Of a stretch of DNA of 25,170 nucleotides, positions 1 to 7,646 are shown one piece after another (positions within the stretch are counted from its first letter, which is position 1; every line of letters starts with the position of its first letter). Made by a program: the position numbers and the translations under genes. Under the pieces are notes generated by a model. That model did not search any database. It was not told the DNA's origin and saw only the letters and a list, made by a program, of their open reading frames with translations. The stretch is from assembly GCA_043732305.1 (NCBI GenBank), contig JAYTHU010000197.1, forward strand, positions 1 through 25,170. The letters are read 5' to 3'. The stretch is from Oligoflexia bacterium (GTDB lineage: Bacteria > Bdellovibrionota > Bdellovibrionia > JABDDW01).

Positions 1-444
1 ATTCGGCTGACGCCAAGTTACATATTCGATTTTGAACTTACCTTTTTCTCCCCAGTAAGACATTGGTCCAGCAGACAACCGCGTAGAATGAGCTAAAACA
101 TTTTCTCCGCAATCAGCAGTGCAACTGTTATCAAAAATAAAAAGTTGCGACCCCGTAGGTCCAATCCCCACCTCAACCAAAAGATACGTTTTGGATTTTA
201 AGGTCATCAGATAGCAATCTCTAATCACTTGAGTCGGTTCACTGGTCGTCCATTCGGATTTCAGTTGCCCCTCAACATTATAAAAAGAGAATTTAATCTG
301 CTCGTTCACAACCTTGGATTTCACATCTCCGTAAGGAGTCATCCACGAACGCGCATCAGTATCACAAGCTTTGAAGTCGATGTCATCGGCATGACTGAAA
401 TGTCCAAATCCAACCAACGCTATGATCACCATTAAGCTTTTCAT
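1..444 (-). CDS. Secreted hypothetical protein, 3' end runs off the window (not in the ORF track)
   Basis: Manual translation gives an open frame from ATG 444 to the edge: MKSLMVIIALVGFGHFSHA-DDIDFKACDTDARSWMTPYGDV...IEYVTWRQPN. It has an AGGAG RBS and a signal-peptide-like N-terminus, and its ATG overlaps the upstream TGA (ATGA, 441-444). Confidence 0.85.
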   Translation of the reverse strand, partial: MKSLMVIIALVGFGHFSHADDIDFKACDTDARSWMTPYGDVKSKVVNEQIKFSFYNVEGQLKSEWTTSEPTQVIRDCYLMTLKSKTYLLVEVGIGPTGSQLFIFDNSCTADCGENVLAHSTRLSAGPMSYWGEKGKFKIEYVTWRQPN

Positions 445-1733
445 CGAGACTCCTTTTTCAAATCTGCGGGTGGATGAATCAGATCCTTAGCTGAACTTCC
501 TTCTTTACTTAACCGAGCAGAACAATCAAGAACAGGTTTAACATAACCTTCATAAGATTGAGTTCCATAATAACAAAGTGAGCGAGCAATAGTACTTTTT
601 CCTGCTTTGGATTCGCATGCCAGAGCCTGTGAAGATTTTTTATCTTTGTTTAATCTATACCAAGGCTTAGATTGCTCGAGTGTGCGCAAATAACGTGCTG
701 CCATCTCCAACTCCATTTTAGGGTAAGCCACCATTCTTTTAAATAAAGTCACAGGGTCTTTAAATTTTTCGACATAGCTGGATTTAGGATCATCTAAAAG
801 TGGTTCGTTCTTAAATTTTCTCCATTCATCTTCAAAAGTGGAGTAAACCATGTTGTGTAAGCCATAAGCTGTGGAGATCCAGTTATGCATCAATTTTGCA
901 CCGTCTTTGGCAAATTTTGTGACACCTGGTTTTCGTATCGAACACGCTGAAGAGTTGAGTTCCATGGGATCAAACCTCGAAGTTTCTCGGTTAGCTATGC
1001 ACACTAAAACATTTGGATTGATATCCATGCCGAGGCCATCAACAACTTCTTTCGAAAAGCGTTTTATCATCGTCAAACGTTTCTCGACCGCTTTATTTCT
1101 AAAGGGACTACACATGTCATAAAAACTATCGAGATAGTCTTTGCAATCTTCCTGCCCCCTAAAGGTATCTGCAAGTGCGGCTACTTTTTCTAATGCCCCC
1201 GGTTCAATTTTACCATTAGGGAGTTTGTGGTCATCGATGTAGCAAGTGGTTTCAAAACTTGTTCGACAAACCCAAGCTGTTTTCGCGGCGGGCACTTTGA
1301 CTTTGTAGGTACCGCCCTTAGAATTTACCTTTTCGACATATTCAAAACCGGAAACTTGGGTTCCTTCAAAGACTGCAGAAATTCTGACGCCTTTGATATT
1401 TTTTACTTTTGGAGAGCCAGGTTCTCCACAATTTTTGTCTACAGGATGCTTACCATTGAGGGAAGTTACAACCGGGCTTGAAGTCATTTCAGCTCGAGTT
1501 GTAAGATCAATGGCTTTTGGAGCAGGAGGAAGCGGCTTTGTCATCCCCATGAATCTCATTGCTTCCTGTTTTGCTCTTTGAAGTGCTCCCAAATTGCAAT
1601 CTTCACAATTAGCATTGGGAGTGCCGGTGGCCTCGAGTTTGTCACTAGCCAAAGCAAATGAAGTTGCCATAAGCGACAAAACAAAAAGTGTCACAAAAAT
1701 CAAATGTGATTTCAAACGGCATCTTATGGTCAT
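441..1733 (-). CDS. Secreted Cys-rich protein with a C-terminal divergent lytic transglycosylase (SLT/lysozyme-like) domain
   Basis: Signal peptide (..ATSFALA). SLT-like motifs occur in order: VLVCIANRETSRFDP (putative catalytic E250), STAYGLHNM (GLMQ-like), MAARYL, SLCYYG (AYN.G-like). Confidence 0.65.
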   Translation of the reverse strand: MTIRCRLKSHLIFVTLFVLSLMATSFALASDKLEATGTPNANCEDCNLGALQRAKQEAMRFMGMTKPLPPAPKAIDLTTRAEMTSSPVVTSLNGKHPVDKNCGEPGSPKVKNIKGVRISAVFEGTQVSGFEYVEKVNSKGGTYKVKVPAAKTAWVCRTSFETTCYIDDHKLPNGKIEPGALEKVAALADTFRGQEDCKDYLDSFYDMCSPFRNKAVEKRLTMIKRFSKEVVDGLGMDINPNVLVCIANRETSRFDPMELNSSACSIRKPGVTKFAKDGAKLMHNWISTAYGLHNMVYSTFEDEWRKFKNEPLLDDPKSSYVEKFKDPVTLFKRMVAYPKMELEMAARYLRTLEQSKPWYRLNKDKKSSQALACESKAGKSTIARSLCYYGTQSYEGYVKPVLDCSARLSKEGSSAKDLIHPPADLKKESR

Positions 1734-1742
1734 CCAGTGATC

Positions 1743-1770
1743 ATTTCGGAAAGAGTGCTGTGTTTATTCA
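1743..1770 (-). promoter_or_regulatory. Possible sigma28/FliA-type promoter giving a near-leaderless transcript of the SLT-like gene
   Basis: Minus strand TGAA-N17-CCGAAAT ends about 9 nt before ATG 1733, which has no Shine-Dalgarno. Spacing is one nt longer than consensus. Confidence 0.3.
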
Positions 1771-1810
1771 GTAAGTTTTGCTAAATTAAAAGAGGGGGCT
1801 TCGCGAATAT

Positions 1811-2413
1811 ATGAAAAAAGACAAGACTAAAATCCAGACAGCTAAAAAGCTTGTACGAATTTTTTCGGCACTTGCAGTGCTCGTCGTTATTTCTTTATTA
1901 GTTCCACTTCTCACTCAAGCTGCAATCAAACCCATGAATGACAGCAGTAATTATCGCGATGAAAAGCTAGGCTTAAGTCTCTCGGCTGGGAAAACCAACT
2001 GGACGTTTTTTAATTCGGACGATTATGCTTCGAATGGAAATATTTTTGTGGCTAGACCTGTGAGCCTGAGTTTTACCGGATCGACGGTTGCGACATTGAC
2101 GTTGAGATCGGACAAATCGCAAATTGAGTCTGTAAAAAAATACACAGAAAAATGGCTAAGAGATTACCCTAAGTTTGGTTTTGAATTGCAGCAAGCAGGT
2201 GAGGTTACTTACGGTGATCTCAAAGGCTATCAAATTGAAATGGTCAGTAAAAAAGTCATTCATCAGTTTATCTATAAAAATGATAATGAATTCTTAGTTT
2301 TCACTTGTTCCAGCGGCCTTCAAAACTCAATTGCCGTTTGGGAAAAATGTCAGGAGATATTGCGATCCGCAAAACTCAATATCCCCACGCCTGACTTATT
2401 TAAAAAGCTTTGA
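1811..2413 (+). CDS. Exported hypothetical protein, possible PsbP/Mog1/DcrB-like fold
   Basis: N-terminal basic and hydrophobic signal/anchor. The pattern 'LGLSLS..W...LTLR...helix KYTEKWLRDY...GYQIEM...QFIYK..FLVFTC' resembles PsbP/DcrB topology. Confidence 0.55.
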   Translation: MKKDKTKIQTAKKLVRIFSALAVLVVISLLVPLLTQAAIKPMNDSSNYRDEKLGLSLSAGKTNWTFFNSDDYASNGNIFVARPVSLSFTGSTVATLTLRSDKSQIESVKKYTEKWLRDYPKFGFELQQAGEVTYGDLKGYQIEMVSKKVIHQFIYKNDNEFLVFTCSSGLQNSIAVWEKCQEILRSAKLNIPTPDLFKKL

Positions 2414-4195
2414 AAACATGCTCTTGATTTTTCCGGTCACGCTGATCGCAGGTTTAGCTGCGGAAGTGCGTGGCTTGTTAGCTCCGCCGGAAGTTCCAGA
2501 AGCATTTCTTGGATTAGATTGTCCTAGTGGCCGACGTTTGAACGATTCATTGCGTCCGTTGCCACGAGCTGGTGGACGATTGTTCTGCCCGCCCTGATTC
2601 GACTGATTTCCTTGGTTTCCCTGATTCCCTTGGTTCGACGTCCCTTGAGCATTTTCAGTTCCGTGCCCAGAGTGTCTGCCGGTTTTGCGATCGCGGTGCT
2701 GTCCCGCAAAAGCGCGCTGACTATCGGGCTGAGCAGGTCGATTGCCCTCAGTGCGTGGACCCTGTGGTCGGGAATCGCGCTTAGTACCATCGGAGCTATT
2801 TGCACTATGAGGTTTGTTCGGTCGAGGCGGTCGATTGTCATGACGTGGCCCAGACGAAGATCCACCTTCGCGCCGAGGTCCACTGCTAGGGCGAGGTCCG
2901 CTACTGCTACGACCTCCACTTGCACTTGGTCCACGAGGACGTTCGGTGAATTTGGGACGATCGTGTTCAAACGGTGGGAACGGAGCAAACTCTTTAACTA
3001 AATCTGCTTCTTCATACCAACCAATTTTCAGTTTTTCTTTAAGGTAAGTTTCGATTCGAGCCATGGCATCGACATCACGATCACAAACTAAACCGACCGC
3101 ACGTCCGTGCGTTCCAGCTCGACCGGTACGGCCAATGCGATGAACGTAACCTTCGGGGTCATCAGGAAGTTCAAAGTTCACAACGAGATCAACACCCTTG
3201 ATATCTAAGCCGCGTGCGGCGACATCAGTAGCAACCAAAATGGCTTTGTTCCCAGTTTTAAACGTTTCCAAAACTTTATTGCGCTGAGCTTGGCTCAAGA
3301 GAGAACTCATGGCTGTGGCTTCGACGCCGTTGTCTTTCAAAAATTTGGCGATGCGAGTGACATTATTTTTAAAATTGCTAAACACAATACACTGTTGAGG
3401 ACTCATGCGCTTGATGATGGAAAGCAGGTACATGGGTTTTTCTTCATGACCCACATGGAGAATTTCGTGATCGATTCCTTCAGCGGTAGCCTGATCTTTA
3501 CTGACGTTGAATTCAATTGGCTCAGCACCAAACTGATAAGCAGTATTTTGAACTTCAAAATTTAGAGTCGCGCTAAACAAAAGCAATTGACGATCTTTAG
3601 GCACGCGTCTCAAAATAAATTTCATGTCGTCTTTGAATCCCATGTCAAACATGCGATCGGCTTCGTCAAAGACAATGGCGCGAACGCCATTCAAATCAAG
3701 ATCATGAGATTTATACAAATCTAAAAGTCGACCGGGAGTTCCAACCACAAACTGCACGCCTTCGCGCAAAGCTTTTTTCTGATCATCATAGGAATTGCCA
3801 CCAGCAATCATCACGGATTTCGCTCCGGAATTTTTTCCTAAAAGTGTCACAGCTTCTTCGACTTGGGCTGCAAGCTCACGAGTGGGAACCAAAACGAGAT
3901 AGAAACTATTTGGTTTCCATTCTTTGTCTATTCGATCGGTGCGGTCTGGCCCGGCGGGCTGGCCTTCAACCACTTCAGGCGACACTTCTTTGTCACGGGA
4001 TCTAAGCCAGCGATCCAACAGCGGAATCACAAAAGCGCCAGTCTTCCCGGTACCCGTCTGCGCAAGGCCAGAGACGTCCTTGCCTTTCAGAATGTGAGGT
4101 ATCACGGTTTCTTGGATAGGTGTAGCTTCAGCGAATTGGAGTTCTTCGAGAGCGGATAAAATTTCGGGACGCAGGTCAAGTTCAGCGAATTTCAA
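2396..4195 (-). CDS. DEAD-box ATP-dependent RNA helicase (RhlB/RhlE-like) with a long disordered C-terminal tail
   Basis: Motifs TPIQ, AQTGTGKT, PTRELA, TPGRL, DEAD, SAT, ARGLD and HRIGRTGRAG. TTG start with AAGGA RBS. Confidence 0.96.
   Translation of the reverse strand: MKFAELDLRPEILSALEELQFAEATPIQETVIPHILKGKDVSGLAQTGTGKTGAFVIPLLDRWLRSRDKEVSPEVVEGQPAGPDRTDRIDKEWKPNSFYLVLVPTRELAAQVEEAVTLLGKNSGAKSVMIAGGNSYDDQKKALREGVQFVVGTPGRLLDLYKSHDLDLNGVRAIVFDEADRMFDMGFKDDMKFILRRVPKDRQLLLFSATLNFEVQNTAYQFGAEPIEFNVSKDQATAEGIDHEILHVGHEEKPMYLLSIIKRMSPQQCIVFSNFKNNVTRIAKFLKDNGVEATAMSSLLSQAQRNKVLETFKTGNKAILVATDVAARGLDIKGVDLVVNFELPDDPEGYVHRIGRTGRAGTHGRAVGLVCDRDVDAMARIETYLKEKLKIGWYEEADLVKEFAPFPPFEHDRPKFTERPRGPSASGGRSSSGPRPSSGPRREGGSSSGPRHDNRPPRPNKPHSANSSDGTKRDSRPQGPRTEGNRPAQPDSQRAFAGQHRDRKTGRHSGHGTENAQGTSNQGNQGNQGNQSNQGGQNNRPPARGNGRNESFKRRPLGQSNPRNASGTSGGANKPRTSAAKPAISVTGKIKSMFSKLFK
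2592..2636 (-). repeat. Degenerate 9-bp tandem repeat encoding NQG-NQG-NQG-NQS-NQG in the helicase tail
   Basis: The protein shows SNQGNQGNQGNQSNQGG. DNA units vary at synonymous positions. Confidence 0.75.
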
Positions 4196-4207
4196 TGGTG
4201 TTTCCTT

Positions 4208-5350
4208 TTAATCCCTCACAGAAATAGGCGAGTCGACGCTCTTTGGCAACAACGATTTTACAATCTCAGCTTGCCGCGTCACTTCGATCATACGATCGAG
4301 CGCTATTTTCGCTTGGTTTTTTACGTTTTGGGTGAGCTCGACAGTTTCTAACGAATCCAAATGCTCTAGGGTGTAGCATAGGTTAGCGAGGGTTATTTGA
4401 TACATGGTGAGACATAAACTTCGTTGAAGTTTAAAAACTTTCTTCATGGGAAACATTTTTTGTAGGCGAGTGACGAGATTTACCTCAGTCCCCACAAAAA
4501 CAATGGATCCTTCGGGTTGTTCGGTCACGTATTTCACAATAAAATCTGTGCTACCGTTGGCATCTGCAAGTGCGAGCACGTCTTGATCACATTCAGGGTG
4601 GACGACTACTTTGCATTGAGGGAAAAGCGCTCGCACATTTTTGATATCGCGCGCTTTAAATTCCATATGAACCGGGCAATAACCCTTCCACAAAATAACC
4701 TTCGCAAATTTTAGTTTTTCCAAATCCACTCCACCGTTTTTCTGATGAGGATCCCAAACAACCATTTGGTCGAGAGGAATTCCATACTTCTTTCCGGTGT
4801 TGCGTCCAAGATGTTCATCTGGAAAAAAGAAAATTCGGCGCGAAGAATCTGCTCCGAGTGCCCAATCGAAAGTTTGAGATGCATTCGATGAAGTACATAC
4901 AATCCCATCTCTCTCTCCGCAAAAAGCTTTGAGCTCAGCGGTGGAGTTCATATAGGTGATGGGAACGATTTTATCTAAAATATGAGAACTTAAAAACGTC
5001 CAAGCCGAACTGACTTGATCCATATTGGCCATATCGGCCATCGGACAACCTGCTTCAGGATCAGGATGATAAACTTTTTGAGTGGTTTTGCATAAGATCG
5101 CAGCACTTTCAGCCATAAACCGAACCCCACAGAAAACTATTTTTTCTGCGTTTGATTCTGACGCTTTGATAGATAATCCATAACTATCCCCTACAAAATC
5201 ACTGAGCTTAACAATTTGGGCGCGCTGATAATGATGTCCAAGGATCACGACTCTCGAACCGAAATGTTGCTTCGATGCTTGAATCCGGTCGAGCAATTGC
5301 CCCTCTGGCAACCGTTCATAATCTGAAAGATCTGGGAATGGAATTTCCAT
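4208..5350 (-). CDS. nadA: Quinolinate synthase
   Basis: ILGHHYQ, GDS, FCGVRFMAES, GCPMA, YMNS, CTSSNA, PDEHLG, CPVH, HPEC, GST, GTE and CLTM (three Fe-S Cys ligands). Confidence 0.97.
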   Translation of the reverse strand: MEIPFPDLSDYERLPEGQLLDRIQASKQHFGSRVVILGHHYQRAQIVKLSDFVGDSYGLSIKASESNAEKIVFCGVRFMAESAAILCKTTQKVYHPDPEAGCPMADMANMDQVSSAWTFLSSHILDKIVPITYMNSTAELKAFCGERDGIVCTSSNASQTFDWALGADSSRRIFFFPDEHLGRNTGKKYGIPLDQMVVWDPHQKNGGVDLEKLKFAKVILWKGYCPVHMEFKARDIKNVRALFPQCKVVVHPECDQDVLALADANGSTDFIVKYVTEQPEGSIVFVGTEVNLVTRLQKMFPMKKVFKLQRSLCLTMYQITLANLCYTLEHLDSLETVELTQNVKNQAKIALDRMIEVTRQAEIVKSLLPKSVDSPISVRD

Positions 5351-5459
5351 GGTTCAGTCTTAACACTTTTGCGGGGTAAAATGTACCCAAACTTCTGTTG
5401 ACGTTTTAATTCGCAAACGGCATCATGGCCTATAAAAATCATTCCAAAAGGATCAAACG

Positions 5460-6167
5460 ATGGCCATTCGTAAGGGTATCAAAGCGAAATTGACAAAAGT
5501 TATCGACCTCACACCTTCCGTGCGTGAGCTCTATTTCACTTCCGAAGGCGGTTTTGAGTTCAAAGCAGGTCAGTTTGTGATGATCGATATTCCTCAAGAT
5601 GGTAAAATCGTCCAACGCGCCTACTCCGTTGCCTCAGGCGACAAAGACACCAAAGAATTTAAGCTCGTCATCAAATACTACGAATTGGGCGTGGCTTCCA
5701 AATGGGTGCAAACTTTAAAAGGCGGAGAGGAATTGACCTTTGCGGGTCCATTTGGAAAATTCTTATTTAAAGACAAACCAGGAAGCCAAGTTATTTTTGT
5801 CTGCACATCCACCGGACTTGCACCACTTTACAGCATGCTGGTCTCACAGGGTCCTCTGAACAAAGATATCGATTACAAAGTCTACATGGGAGTTTGGAAT
5901 CAAAAGGAAATTTTTTACGCGAAAGATTTGGAAGCGGCTCGAGAGTTCACACCTAAACTAGAAGTGAATTTTGTTTTGGATGCAGCTGACCCTACTTGGA
6001 AAGGTCTCACTGGACGTGTGACCGAGCACATTGAAAAATTAGATCTCTTCACCAAGCCTACTGATTTTTATATTTGCGGCAACCCTGCAATGATTAAATC
6101 TGTGAGAGAAATGCTGAACTCAAAAAACTTCCCCGCAGCTCAAGTGCACACGGAAAGTTACGGTTAA
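5460..6167 (+). CDS. FAD/NAD(P)-dependent oxidoreductase, ferredoxin-NADP reductase-like (no 2Fe-2S domain)
   Basis: FKAGQF, RAYSVAS, GPFGKF, STGLAP, YICGNPAM and C-terminal HTESYG. Confidence 0.92.
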   Translation: MAIRKGIKAKLTKVIDLTPSVRELYFTSEGGFEFKAGQFVMIDIPQDGKIVQRAYSVASGDKDTKEFKLVIKYYELGVASKWVQTLKGGEELTFAGPFGKFLFKDKPGSQVIFVCTSTGLAPLYSMLVSQGPLNKDIDYKVYMGVWNQKEIFYAKDLEAAREFTPKLEVNFVLDAADPTWKGLTGRVTEHIEKLDLFTKPTDFYICGNPAMIKSVREMLNSKNFPAAQVHTESYG

Positions 6168-6176
6168 ACTCGCAAA

Positions 6177-6689
6177 TCAAATTGGATTGACTGCGGGCTT
6201 TTCAGCAAGAGCTACAAACATGTCGAGACATTTCGTTCGCTCAGGTCTTTTGAGCATAACGAACTGAGCTTCATTAAATAAATATCTTGTCCCGTCTTTA
6301 GCTAACCAACTATTTCGGCGGCTCAAAACATCATAAATGCTTTTATAAATTTCATCTTCGCGATTGTACTTTTTGGTGGCGACAGGAATCAGTCCTCGCA
6401 GAGTCACCTCAGCCCGAAAAATTTTCACCTCGGCAGCAAGACCAATCCTGCTATAAAGTTTATTTCCATCAATGTCTTCGACGTAAGAAAACTTCGCCAT
6501 CTCTCCGGTGACAGCGGCTCGAGTCACTAGAGCCAAGTAATTATCAATTTCTTTTCTGAGGTCTTTCGAGACAAATGGAATAACATTTCCATTTCGAATG
6601 ATTATTTCTGAAGGATTCAGAGAGCCGGCGTCGGAAAATGCCTGCGTCGAACATAACAACACTAAGCTCAGAACTAAAAAAATTTTCAT
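6177..6689 (-). CDS. Secreted hypothetical protein
   Basis: Signal peptide MKIFLVLSLVLLCSTQAFS and GGGGGA RBS. No recognisable domain. Confidence 0.75.
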   Translation of the reverse strand: MKIFLVLSLVLLCSTQAFSDAGSLNPSEIIIRNGNVIPFVSKDLRKEIDNYLALVTRAAVTGEMAKFSYVEDIDGNKLYSRIGLAAEVKIFRAEVTLRGLIPVATKKYNREDEIYKSIYDVLSRRNSWLAKDGTRYLFNEAQFVMLKRPERTKCLDMFVALAEKPAVNPI

Positions 6690-6752
6690 TTGATTCCCCC
6701 CAAGGAATTTACAGATCCAAACGATCTTTGGGGAACTATAATAGCAAAACCT

Positions 6753-7580
6753 CTATTTTAAAAATTCTTTTAACGACTGAGTAAATTCTTCCGGCTTATC
6801 GAAATGCACCCAATGTCCAGCACCTTTTATTTCAGCACCTTGGAGCAATTTATTTTCGGCTAGCATTTGGCGAAATTCTGATTCTCCGAGTTCTTCACTG
6901 TTTTCCCCATGAACAATCAGGGTTGGCACTTCTAAGTTTCTAATCTGGTCCCACTGACTATTATTTCGACCCTTAGAAATGATTTCTTCTACCATTGTCA
7001 TTAGAAAATCCCACGTGGCGGAACTTTCAGAGATGTCAGCAGAACCGCTAGGTGCGTCAGTGATATGAGTGTATAGAAAAGTTCCAAGCTTGTGATCTGG
7101 AAATGTCCCCATGAGATATTCTTTTGCGGCTCTTTTGTTTTCGAACGGAACTGGAATTTTTTTGAGCAAATTGACGAGGCCACTCGTCGGCGCCCCCGGC
7201 TTAGGCGCCCCCGGCTTAGGCGCCCCCGGCCCTATATCTTCGAGAACGAGCTTTTCGACCATTTGTGGATACTTGCTCGCGAATTCGAGAGCATTTCTTC
7301 CACCCATGCTGTGGCCAATGAGAATTGCCCGAGTGATTCCAAGATCGTCAGCTAAGATTTTCAAATCGCCGGCGAAATCTGAGGGGGCATAACCCGCGGC
7401 AGGCTTAGGACTTTTTCCGTGACCGCGCTGGTCCACCAATAAGATTTGATACTTGTTCTCAAAACTTCGGGCAATCGTAAGCCAATTTCGAAGCGAACCC
7501 AAAAGCCCATGCAAAAATATAATCCAAGGCTTTTCGCTGCCTTCGCTTTTGATTTCATAGTGGAGCTTGAGGGAATTCAT
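6753..7580 (-). CDS. Alpha/beta hydrolase (YbfF/ABHD11-like esterase)
   Basis: FLHGLLGS oxyanion loop, DQRGHGKS, GHSMGG nucleophile elbow, DIGP and GAGHWVH. Confidence 0.93.
   Translation of the reverse strand: MNSLKLHYEIKSEGSEKPWIIFLHGLLGSLRNWLTIARSFENKYQILLVDQRGHGKSPKPAAGYAPSDFAGDLKILADDLGITRAILIGHSMGGRNALEFASKYPQMVEKLVLEDIGPGAPKPGAPKPGAPTSGLVNLLKKIPVPFENKRAAKEYLMGTFPDHKLGTFLYTHITDAPSGSADISESSATWDFLMTMVEEIISKGRNNSQWDQIRNLEVPTLIVHGENSEELGESEFRQMLAENKLLQGAEIKGAGHWVHFDKPEEFTQSLKEFLK
7189..7230. repeat. Perfect 15-bp in-frame tandem repeat (GGCGCCCCCGGCTTA x2.8) encoding PGAPK
   Basis: Identical units at 7189-7203 and 7204-7218, partial unit at 7219-7230. Confidence 0.95.
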
Positions 7581-7609
7581 GGGAAAAGGCTAACGGCACC
7601 AATTTGGGT

Positions 7610-7638
7610 TTGCAAGGGAATAGGGAAAAAACTAGAAT
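7610..7638 (+). promoter_or_regulatory. Sigma70 promoter for pcnB (probably leaderless mRNA)
   Basis: TTGCAA (7610-7615)-N17-TAGAAT (7633-7638). ATG 7647 follows after 8 nt and has no RBS. Confidence 0.6.
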
Positions 7639-7646
7639 CAGATCCA

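Noticed and set aside
229..435. 68-aa plus-strand ORF
   Set aside because: Antisense to the better-supported minus-strand secreted protein at 1-444.
2331..3001. Several alternative-frame ORFs over the helicase tail
   Set aside because: Expected shadows of a GC-rich low-complexity coding region. They show no recognisable motifs.
6696..6733. Imperfect hairpin CCCCAA...TTGGGG covering the RBS of the 170-aa gene
   Set aside because: Short and bulged, so it cannot be distinguished from chance without folding statistics.
7189..7230. CRISPR-like or REP repeat
   Set aside because: The units are contiguous without spacers and in frame within a gene, and no cas genes are present.
7446..7646. N-terminal extension of pcnB in the ORF track
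   Set aside because: It overlaps the divergent esterase and contains the promoter. ATG 7647 fits better.
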